From NCBI GenBank assembly GCA_902385155.1, contig CABMEP010000035.1, forward strand, positions 1 through 39,299: a stretch of 39,299 bases of DNA, in the 5' to 3' direction. This document shows, one piece after another, positions 32,515-39,299 of the stretch. The translations under genes were made by a program, and so were the position numbers. The notes beneath the pieces were generated by a model that saw only the letters and a list, made by a program, of their open reading frames with translations, made no database searches and had not been told where the DNA came from. Numbering within the stretch: the first letter of the stretch is position 1; each line of letters starts with the position of its first letter. The stretch comes from an uncultured archaeon (lineage in GTDB: Archaea > Micrarchaeota > Micrarchaeia > CABMEP01).

Positions 32515-33624
32515 TTACCAGAACTCTTCAAGCCACTCACTGTGTATCGCGGTGACCGTGAGGTCGGAGCACTTCGCCTTCCGGTTCAGCATGGATGAGA
32601 CGCTGGGCTGCGTCCTGCCCTCGTCGCCGCTGATGAATTCCTTGATGTAGGTGCCGGACTGCGTAGTCATGATGAGCTTGAAATGGGACTTGTCGATCCA
32701 TATCGAATCAAGGCGCTTCACAGTCCTCTTGCGGATGAGATCGGCCCTGCGGTTGGCCACCCTCAGCGGAGTCCTCTGCGCGAGAGGCACACTGCCAGGC
32801 AGCTTCTGGAGGTCCGGCTTGGATATCGGCTTGTCCAGCTCCACCGTCGCCTCGTATGTCTTGTCGAACTTGGCGCGCTTTATCACTTCCACCCTGTTCT
32901 TGTCGCAGAACCTGAGCGCTTCGACCGCAGCGATGCCCTTCGCTGACTTGTTTATCGCCAGCTGCGCCTTCCTGGCGTCGAACTTCCTCACCTGCGGCCT
33001 GACCACTTCCATCACGAACGGCCTTCCGCCGCCCGCCATGAGGACGTCTATGTCCTCCCTTCCCGCGCCATGGAGGACCGCCTTCTGCCCTTTCGTTATC
33101 CTGAGCAGCGGAGCCTCTATCTCCGCTTCCACCGACTTCTCATCGGAATCCACCCGTTTGGTCTGCCTGACGTTGCGCTTGAGCTTCCTGTACCTTCCGT
33201 ACAAATAGACGGATGCGACCTGGGTCTCTATCCCGCCGGTGACGACATCGATCATCGCCCTGACGTGCGGATCCAGCCTGAACTTGTATTTGGAATTCTT
33301 CTCCACCCACTTGCCTATCTCCCTGTTGAGCTCCCCTTTCACGCTCTCGGCTTTGGCGAGGTCGACCATGTCCCAGATGCCCTCCTCGTACCGTTCGCTG
33401 TCCTTGGTCAGCCGGGTGCCCACCGAGAATGTCTCGGCGCCGGGAACCTTGTCTATCGCAGTGACTATCTTCCCGCCGAGATCGGCCACCCGCAGGAAGC
33501 TGCCAAGGCATAGCTTGCAGTCCCGCTCCTTCACCACTTCGGCTTTCGCTGGCTTGGCTATTCCGTTGCGTTTCCAGCATCGCTTGCACAATGAGACTGC
33601 GGCCATGGAGCAATATCCTCTCAT
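32515..33624 (-). CDS. pus10: tRNA pseudouridine(54/55) synthase Pus10
   Basis: N-terminal CxxC/CxxC, GRYRKL.R...QT, HGAGREDIDV, QRTP.RV..RR, GTYIKEFISGDEGRT.PS. Confidence 0.95.
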   Translation of the reverse strand: MRGYCSMAAVSLCKRCWKRNGIAKPAKAEVVKERDCKLCLGSFLRVADLGGKIVTAIDKVPGAETFSVGTRLTKDSERYEEGIWDMVDLAKAESVKGELNREIGKWVEKNSKYKFRLDPHVRAMIDVVTGGIETQVASVYLYGRYRKLKRNVRQTKRVDSDEKSVEAEIEAPLLRITKGQKAVLHGAGREDIDVLMAGGGRPFVMEVVRPQVRKFDARKAQLAINKSAKGIAAVEALRFCDKNRVEVIKRAKFDKTYEATVELDKPISKPDLQKLPGSVPLAQRTPLRVANRRADLIRKRTVKRLDSIWIDKSHFKLIMTTQSGTYIKEFISGDEGRTQPSVSSMLNRKAKCSDLTVTAIHSEWLEEFW

Positions 33625-33710
33625 GGTTTAAAATGGCTACCAGCGTGCAGGTTTCCCCGTTGTCAGCGGTCCAGCGTCTCATTTTTTAATATTCGCTGAG
33701 TATTCAGCGA

Positions 33711-35246
33711 ATGGAAACCGGGAACGTGGAGATAAACGAGAACGACCACTGGGTGGACCTGCTCGCCAGACGCATCGTCAACGAGAAGAAGCCCCCATAC
33801 GTGATCACCTCCGGCATCACCCTCAGCGGCCCGATGCATCTCGGGACGCTGTGCGAGGCGTTCTTCCCGGTAGCGATAGGCGCAAAGGTGGCCGAATCGG
33901 GCAAGCCGGTCAAGAACTACTTCATATCGGACGACCTCGATGCCTTCGATTCGGTGCCGGCCGTCCTTTCGCAATACACCGCGGTGCTCGCGCCACATCT
34001 CGGGAAACCGTTGGCCCACGTTCCGGATCCGACCGGCAAGTCGAAGTCGTTCGGGGACTACTTCCTTGACGAGATGAAAGGCGTCATGAGGAAGTTCGAG
34101 GTCGCGCCCGAGATAAGGCGGATGAGCGAGGAATACCCGTCAGGAAGGTTCGATTCGTACGCGCGCCTCTATCTCAGGGAAGTGGAGGAAGCGAAGAGGA
34201 TAGTGGCTGAGTCATCGCAGAGGGATCTGCCGAAGGACTGGAGCCCGATAATGCCCATCTGCGAGAAATGCGGCAAGATAGCGACCACCATGGTCACCTC
34301 GTTCGACGAGGAATCGTACAGCTACACCTGCGGCCGCGACGTCAAGTACACCAAGGGCTGCGGATTCTCCGGCAAGAACAGGATTTCCGATCACAAGTAC
34401 AAGATCACATGGAGGCTGCATTGGCCGTCCTGGATGGACTCGTTCGGCACCAGCGCGGAAGGCGCGGGCATGGACCATCACACCAAGGGCGGCTCGTGGG
34501 ACACGCTGGTCCAGGTGTTCAAGGAGATGTTCAAGAAGGAGCCGCCGATAGGGTACAAGTTCGGGTTCTTCCTCCTCCGCGGCGCAAAATACTCCAAGTC
34601 CAAGGGAGTGGGCATGGGCGTGGCGGATTTCATGATGCTGGCTCCCCCGGAGCTGATCAAGTACTTCCTTCTCAGGGCGGACATAGACGAGAACAAGGAT
34701 TTCGATCCCACCGGCCAGTCTCTGATGAGGCTTTACGATGATTACGAGACCGCGAGCGAGGTCGACCTCGCCAACACCGACCGGGCCGGCGAGAAGAAGC
34801 ACGCCGCGTTCCTCATCGCGGGGAAGAAGAACTGGAAGGCGAAGTTCCTCGATGTGCTCCTGCACTACCAGATCTACCGCGACTGGAACAAGGTCGGCGC
34901 GGCGCTGGAGGACCCGGCCGGAGTGAAATACCTCTCCCCCTACATATCCCAATGGATAAAGATCGGATTCGTGCCGGAAGACTACTCGTTCACGATCAAC
35001 CCGACAAAGCCGGAGTCGATGGCCGGCGTCATCGAGTTCGCAGGCAAGCTCGACGACAGCCTGGACGCGTTGGCGATACACAACCTTGTCTTCGAGGTCG
35101 CGAAAGAGAAGAGCATCCCTCCGGCGGCGCTGTTCGGGTCGCTCTACATGGCGATCATCGGCAAGCCGAAAGGGCCGAAGCTGGGCAAGCTTGTCAAGGC
35201 ACTCGGGCCGAATCTTGTCAGGGAGATGCTGAACAAGTTCAAGTGA
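33711..35246 (+). CDS. lysS: Class I lysyl-tRNA synthetase
   Basis: HWVD, SGITLSGPMHLG, DDLD, VPDP, PICEKCG, K..WR..WP..W, G.DH, YSKSKG, GPKLG. Confidence 0.96.
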   Translation: METGNVEINENDHWVDLLARRIVNEKKPPYVITSGITLSGPMHLGTLCEAFFPVAIGAKVAESGKPVKNYFISDDLDAFDSVPAVLSQYTAVLAPHLGKPLAHVPDPTGKSKSFGDYFLDEMKGVMRKFEVAPEIRRMSEEYPSGRFDSYARLYLREVEEAKRIVAESSQRDLPKDWSPIMPICEKCGKIATTMVTSFDEESYSYTCGRDVKYTKGCGFSGKNRISDHKYKITWRLHWPSWMDSFGTSAEGAGMDHHTKGGSWDTLVQVFKEMFKKEPPIGYKFGFFLLRGAKYSKSKGVGMGVADFMMLAPPELIKYFLLRADIDENKDFDPTGQSLMRLYDDYETASEVDLANTDRAGEKKHAAFLIAGKKNWKAKFLDVLLHYQIYRDWNKVGAALEDPAGVKYLSPYISQWIKIGFVPEDYSFTINPTKPESMAGVIEFAGKLDDSLDALAIHNLVFEVAKEKSIPPAALFGSLYMAIIGKPKGPKLGKLVKALGPNLVREMLNKFK

Positions 35247-35263
35247 GCCGACGGCAAGGGTCG

Positions 35264-36046
35264 TCAGAGCGCGGCGAACAGTCTCTTTATCTCGTCCAGG
35301 GTGAGAGTGAACACCCTCCTCTCGCCCAATCCCAGCCGTTCGGCCGCGCTGTCCGCCTTCGGATAATTGGTCTCAAGCTCCCCGGCCCTCAGCGCGGAAT
35401 GGACTGTGTTCTTCCTGTGCGAGAAGAGCCGTTCTATGAACTTGTCCCTATCCGCATCGCGCTTCTCGTCGGTCTTGGTGAGCATCACCATCGCCGAATC
35501 CACCTGCGGCATCGGCCTGAACGAGCCGCGCTTCACGGATCGGAGGTAGATCGGCCTGAAATAGAGCTGGGTCATCACGCTGAGGCGCGACCAGTCCCTC
35601 TCGCCGGGCTTCGCCACCATCCTCTGCACGAATTCCTTCTGCAGGCAGAGGAGCGCCTGCTCGAAACTGAACTCGGGGAGCTTGAACAGCAGCGGGGATG
35701 AGATCACGTACGGCACGTTGCTGATTATCAGGTCTATTCTCTTGGCTTTGGCCCGCTTCATTATGTCCGCTTCCGATAAGCCAAGGAAATCGGCGTGTAT
35801 CACGCGGACGTCCTTGTCCTCGTCGAATTCGAACAGCTCGGTCAGGGCCTCCACCATGACCTCGTCCTTCTCCACGATGATGAGCTTCTTGGCCGTCTCC
35901 GCGATCCGCTTGCTGAGGTTGCCTGTCCCCCCGCCTATCTCCAGCACTGTCTTGCCTTCAGGCCCGAGCATCGCCGTCTCGTAGTCCAGCGCCTTCTCGT
36001 CCATGAGCATATGCTGCCCGAAACGCCTTGTCCGTTGGTGGGTCAT
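35264..36046 (-). CDS. ksgA: 16S rRNA dimethyladenosine transferase KsgA/Dim1
   Basis: FGQHML, VLEIGGGTGNL, SNVPYVISSP, QKEF..R, F.PMPQVDS. Confidence 0.95.
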   Translation of the reverse strand: MTHQRTRRFGQHMLMDEKALDYETAMLGPEGKTVLEIGGGTGNLSKRIAETAKKLIIVEKDEVMVEALTELFEFDEDKDVRVIHADFLGLSEADIMKRAKAKRIDLIISNVPYVISSPLLFKLPEFSFEQALLCLQKEFVQRMVAKPGERDWSRLSVMTQLYFRPIYLRSVKRGSFRPMPQVDSAMVMLTKTDEKRDADRDKFIERLFSHRKNTVHSALRAGELETNYPKADSAAERLGLGERRVFTLTLDEIKRLFAAL

Positions 36047-36104
36047 ATCATCAGCGCTATCAGCTATCCTTCATCCTATTAAACATGGAGCTTCCGCTCG
36101 AGCG

Positions 36105-36141
36105 GAGAGGATAAAGAAAAAGGAGAGAAAAGAAAAAGAAA
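36105..36141 (-). terminator. Oligo-pyrimidine terminator after the Yip1 gene
   Basis: Minus strand TTTCTTTTTCTTTTCTCTCCTTTTTCTTT directly after the stop codon. Confidence 0.5.
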
Positions 36142-36149
36142 CGGAGCGT

Positions 36150-36713
36150 TCAGCCGAAAGAGCCGGCCTGGGTCAGACCGTACATCACGAGCATCGCGGC
36201 TATCGCGGCGCCCACGATGAACGCGACTATCGCCAGGACGATTCCCGGGATCAGCCACGCGAGGACCGCCTTCACCGTGTCCAGCTTGTGCACTTCCTTG
36301 ATGGAGAGCGTGAGCGGATAGAGCATGTAGAGGCTCAGAAGTCCGTTCAGTATCCCTCCGAGGACGGGCACTATGTTGAGCACGCCCGCTATCGCGATCG
36401 GGGCTCCGAACAGCGAGTAGAGGCAATACTGCTGGGAGAACTCTCCCTTTCCGCCCAGTATCTTCGCCATCACCCACACGACGCCGTTGCCGAGCAGGGA
36501 CATGAGCAGGGTGGCTATCGCGCCGCCTATCGCCCCGCCTATGAGGCCCATCGGTCCAGCCATGAGGCCGACCACGGCACCGCACACCGCACCGGCGAGG
36601 GTCATGACGATCGCGGCGTCAACCAATGACGCCTTCTTCTTGTTCGCCTTTGCTAATGTTTCAGCCGGCTTCGTGAGGGCCGGAATCCACATGTCAGTCG
36701 GAATGTCTACCAT
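36150..36713 (-). CDS. Yip1 family membrane protein
   Basis: LTKPAETL, AKILGGKGEF, SIKEVHKLDTVKA, five hydrophobic segments. Confidence 0.85.
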   Translation of the reverse strand: MVDIPTDMWIPALTKPAETLAKANKKKASLVDAAIVMTLAGAVCGAVVGLMAGPMGLIGGAIGGAIATLLMSLLGNGVVWVMAKILGGKGEFSQQYCLYSLFGAPIAIAGVLNIVPVLGGILNGLLSLYMLYPLTLSIKEVHKLDTVKAVLAWLIPGIVLAIVAFIVGAAIAAMLVMYGLTQAGSFG

Positions 36714-36779
36714 GACAGACGTTCCACTAGGGAGTTTAAAAACCTCACTACGACGTGGCCGGATGGCGGGCCCGGGCAG

Positions 36780-37388
36780 TTATCTCCTGAATCCGCCTGG
36801 CCGTCCGCTGTAGCCGCCGTACCCGTGCTGCTCATGCGGCGGGGTCGGGGGCCTGGTGAACAGGAAATACCTCTCCTCGCCGTTGAGCTCGGCCACCACC
36901 CGTTCGGTGATGATGTCCGCGGGGTTCAGCATGTGCGGTATGCGCTTCAGCATTTCGTCGAAGGACTCGAACGGCTTCTTGTCGCGCTCGTCGAGTATCT
37001 CCGCGAGGTGCTTCTTGCCCACCCCTGGCAATAATTCGAGCTGGTGCTGCCTGATGGTGATCGGGCCGCACTTGTTGATGAACGTGACGAACTCGGGCTC
37101 CCTCATCCTGACTATCTTCTTGATGACCGCCTTCAGCTCGCTCCTCGCCGAGCTGGATATCTGAGGCATCTCGATCCTGCCGCGGATCCTGTCCACCTCC
37201 TTCCTCAGGCTGAGCTCCTTGCCTATGTAGAGCCTGTCGCCGATGGATATCTCCAGGTCCTTCTTGGTGACCGCCTCGAGCAGGGTGAAGAAATTCTCCC
37301 CCACCATGAACACCGTAGGCTCGCGGCGTATGTCATCGGACTTGCCCGATGGTAAATAGTCTAGCACGAAACCGTATTCTTCCATCAT
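36780..37388 (-). CDS. DUF655 family putative RNA-binding protein
   Basis: EEYGFVLDYLP.G, GE..FTLLE, R.HQLELLPGVGKK. Syntenic rpl21e-rpoF-DUF655-ksgA. Confidence 0.93.
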   Translation of the reverse strand: MMEEYGFVLDYLPSGKSDDIRREPTVFMVGENFFTLLEAVTKKDLEISIGDRLYIGKELSLRKEVDRIRGRIEMPQISSSARSELKAVIKKIVRMREPEFVTFINKCGPITIRQHQLELLPGVGKKHLAEILDERDKKPFESFDEMLKRIPHMLNPADIITERVVAELNGEERYFLFTRPPTPPHEQHGYGGYSGRPGGFRR

Positions 37389-37398
37389 GGAGGTCACC

Positions 37399-37740
37399 TC
37401 AGGCTTTGGCGTACTTACCTACGATCTCCAGCACCTTGGACACCTCGTCCTCGGTTAGGGCGAACGTCTCCTTGGCGAAGAGGGGCGCCACTTCATCCGG
37501 AGTCTTCGGCATGAGGTCAGCGAGCTTGACCGCCTTGGCGCGGTTGATCTTGGCGACCGCCGCCATCAGCTCGTCTATGAGCTCGTATGCCTTCTTCTTG
37601 TCCAGCTTCGCGACCTTCTTGGAATAGTCCAGTGTCTTGGTCTGCTCGAAGCCGGCCTCCATGTCGCTGGGCATCTCGAGTATCTCCTTCACGTCCGCGA
37701 GGGGGACCTCCTTTACATCAATAGTCCTTCGTCCTATCAT
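37399..37740 (-). CDS. rpoF: RNA polymerase subunit Rpo4 (F)
   Basis: VPLADVKEIL...FEQ..TLDY..K...AVKLADLMPKT..EV. Synteny. Confidence 0.92.
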   Translation of the reverse strand: MIGRRTIDVKEVPLADVKEILEMPSDMEAGFEQTKTLDYSKKVAKLDKKKAYELIDELMAAVAKINRAKAVKLADLMPKTPDEVAPLFAKETFALTEDEVSKVLEIVGKYAKA

Positions 37741-37758
37741 ATGAATCACGCCCAATGA

Positions 37759-38043
37759 TCAGCAGCTCTTGAGGTGTATGGCTGTGGTGATGAACCTCTT
37801 TGTGAGGCTGCCGTCCTTCAGCTCGACGACATACGCGCTCCCCTGCTTGCCCACCACGGTGCCGACACGGCCGGCGTACCTCGGGGACGGGAAATCCTCG
37901 TACTTGGCGTTCGGCACGAGCTGCACCTTCGTTCCTACTTCCAGCTTGTGCATCCGCTCCGACACAGTGACGTCTCGCCTGCGCGCGTTCCTCCCGAGGA
38001 GGCGCGACCTGCGGTTCATTCTTCCCTTCGATGATCTCGCCAT
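37759..38043 (-). CDS. rpl21e: 50S ribosomal protein L21e
   Basis: SSKG...RSRLL...P.PRYAGRVGTVVGKQGSAYVVELKDG...HLK. Confidence 0.95.
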   Translation of the reverse strand: MARSSKGRMNRRSRLLGRNARRRDVTVSERMHKLEVGTKVQLVPNAKYEDFPSPRYAGRVGTVVGKQGSAYVVELKDGSLTKRFITTAIHLKSC

Positions 38044-38130
38044 ACATACCACTGATGATTATCCAACGTTCTCTATCTTCAAAAGAACTGTCATTATAGT
38101 ACATCTCGCATTTAAAAAACCAACGTTCGG

Positions 38131-38153
38131 GTATTTAAATGGCCTTTAAATAC
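38131..38153. repeat. Palindrome GTATTTAAA-TGGCC-TTTAAATAC in the divergent rpl21e/TBP-like promoter region
   Basis: Perfect 9-bp arms, each a TATA-like element. Confidence 0.55.
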
Positions 38154-38218
38154 TTTTCTTTATAAATACATACAGAGTTCTGCAGTGGCGCACATAGCGG
38201 TGCGCCGAAGGTGTATGC

Positions 38219-38497
38219 ATGGTAAGAGATGTTCCTTTCAGGATAGAGAATATCGTCGCTTCCGCGAATCTGGGCATAGAGCTTGATCTCTACACGCTCG
38301 GAAGGAAGGTGCCAGACATCGAATACGAGCCGGAGCAGTTCCCGGGCGCGATCCTGAAGCTGAAGGACCCGAAGGCGTCCCTCCTGCTCTTCAAGAACGG
38401 CAAGATCATCTGCACCGGGTGCAGGACCGAGCACGAAGTGAAGCTCGCCATCAGGAAGGCGCTCACCATCCTCCTCAAGGCGCAGAAGAAGAGATAG
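38219..38497 (+). CDS. Single-repeat TATA-binding-protein-like protein (half TBP)
   Basis: IENIVAS...LDL...EYEPEQFPGAI...LLFKNGKIICTG is one TBP repeat, 92 aa. AAGGTG SD upstream, T-tract downstream. Confidence 0.88.
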   Translation: MVRDVPFRIENIVASANLGIELDLYTLGRKVPDIEYEPEQFPGAILKLKDPKASLLLFKNGKIICTGCRTEHEVKLAIRKALTILLKAQKKR

Positions 38498-38501
38498 CAC
38501 C

Positions 38502-38518
38502 CTTCTTTTTTCTTTTAT
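38502..38518 (+). terminator. T-rich terminator after the half-TBP gene
   Basis: CTTCTTTTTTCTTTTATT a few nt after the TAG. Confidence 0.55.
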
Positions 38519-38642
38519 TCCGCACGGCCTAGCCTCCGGCCCGTCGTTCCCGGCCGCGTCCGTCCCCGATCCGCCGCACGTCAGGGCCGCTTCCAGCAAA
38601 GGATTTAAACCATGGATGGGTCAGCTAATCGTGGAGAGGAAG

Positions 38643-39299
38643 ATGGAACTGCAGAAAAGCGCCGAGCAGAATCCGATCGCGAGACAGAAGCAGATGGAAC
38701 GGATAGTGGATGCGGTCTTCCTCAACGAGGCCGCCGCCCTCAAGTATCCCAATGACAGGATGAGCGACCTGAGGTCAAAGTACGACGACTATGTCTCCTC
38801 CATAACCGCGACGGTGCGCGACCACGTCTCCAACCCGAGGAACGAGCGAGAGGTGTTCGACCATCTCGCCAGCATCTTCTATTCGAACTTCGATTATTCC
38901 GAGCGGAAGCTGGTCCTGACCGGCCTTGAGTCGAAGCCCCCGGCAGTCAACTGCTACGGCTCATCTCTCATGTTCGCGGACGTCATGGCCAGGATCGGCC
39001 TCGAGTTCCGGGTGGCGATAGCGCCGAACCACGTCTTCCTCGTGGGCAAGGAGTACCGCTTCGAGACCACGTACGACGACGGGGACGTCCTGCTGAATGT
39101 CAAGGACATCGGCAAGACCTATCCGCACTATTCCATCGGCGGCCTTGATTTCCTCCTCGCGGCGTCGTACAGCTCGGCGGGCCTGCATCTCATGGACGAG
39201 AGGCGGAACAAGGAGGCGATAGGGCTGTTCAGGAAGGCGCTCGAGATCAATCCGAAGAGCTCCGATGTCCAGTACAACCTCGGCCTATCCTACTGGAGG
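38643..39299 (+). CDS. Transglutaminase-like domain plus TPR protein (runs off window end)
   Basis: Manual translation: VNCYGSSL...APNHVFL...FETT, then EAIGLFRKALEINPKSSDVQYNLG TPR motif. Confidence 0.75.
   Translation, partial: MELQKSAEQNPIARQKQMERIVDAVFLNEAAALKYPNDRMSDLRSKYDDYVSSITATVRDHVSNPRNEREVFDHLASIFYSNFDYSERKLVLTGLESKPPAVNCYGSSLMFADVMARIGLEFRVAIAPNHVFLVGKEYRFETTYDDGDVLLNVKDIGKTYPHYSIGGLDFLLAASYSSAGLHLMDERRNKEAIGLFRKALEINPKSSDVQYNLGLSYWR

Noticed and set aside
38044-38642. Frameshifted or split full-length tbp
   Set aside because: The flanks are an AT-rich promoter region and a terminator plus short GC-rich spacer, and I could not find a second TBP repeat in any frame by eye.
4027-39188. 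Numerous long overlapping alternative-frame and antisense ORFs (e.g. 4027..5028, 7321..8220, 24440..25303, 25670..26536, 34212..35081)
   Set aside because: These are expected shadows of high-GC3 coding sequence, with Arg/Pro/Gly-rich translations overlapping clearly recognisable genes.

Overview
Archaeal chromosomal segment, about 60% GC by eye. Gene content and intron-rich tRNAs suggest a DPANN archaeon, possibly Micrarchaeota-like (inference). Most of it is housekeeping: cdc48 (partial), endoQ, endA, the ftsY-pfdA-rpl18a-aIF6-rpl31e-rpl39e-rps19e-rnp4 cluster, tfe, rpoK, lemA-htpX, dtdA, pus10, class I lysS, ksgA, rpoF and rpl21e. It also holds four class III signal-peptide (pilin-like) genes, a prepilin peptidase and several large surface proteins. 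Six tRNA genes are present and five carry BHB-type introns, two at non-canonical positions (tRNA-Arg 59/60, tRNA-iMet 9/10). The strongest candidate for an undescribed system is at 523-1566: an AT-rich ~930-bp insert in the initiator tRNA-Met locus that encodes a PD-(D/E)XK-like nuclease. Its last codons supply a replacement tRNA 5' exon and a splice-guiding leader, followed by a 16-nt intron, while a degenerate copy of the tRNA 5' end is stranded upstream behind a TATA box. This looks like a homing-endonuclease-type element that repairs and immunises its tRNA target. Other oddities: a single-repeat (half) TBP, a 37-aa hyperacidic ORF near a tailed histone-fold gene, a ~106-Cys repeat protein, a membrane protein ending in a Roadblock domain, a PAP2/dolichol-kinase fusion, tRNA-Ile(UAU) and a bacterial-type IspE. 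All assignments come from reading motifs by eye; no database searches were run.
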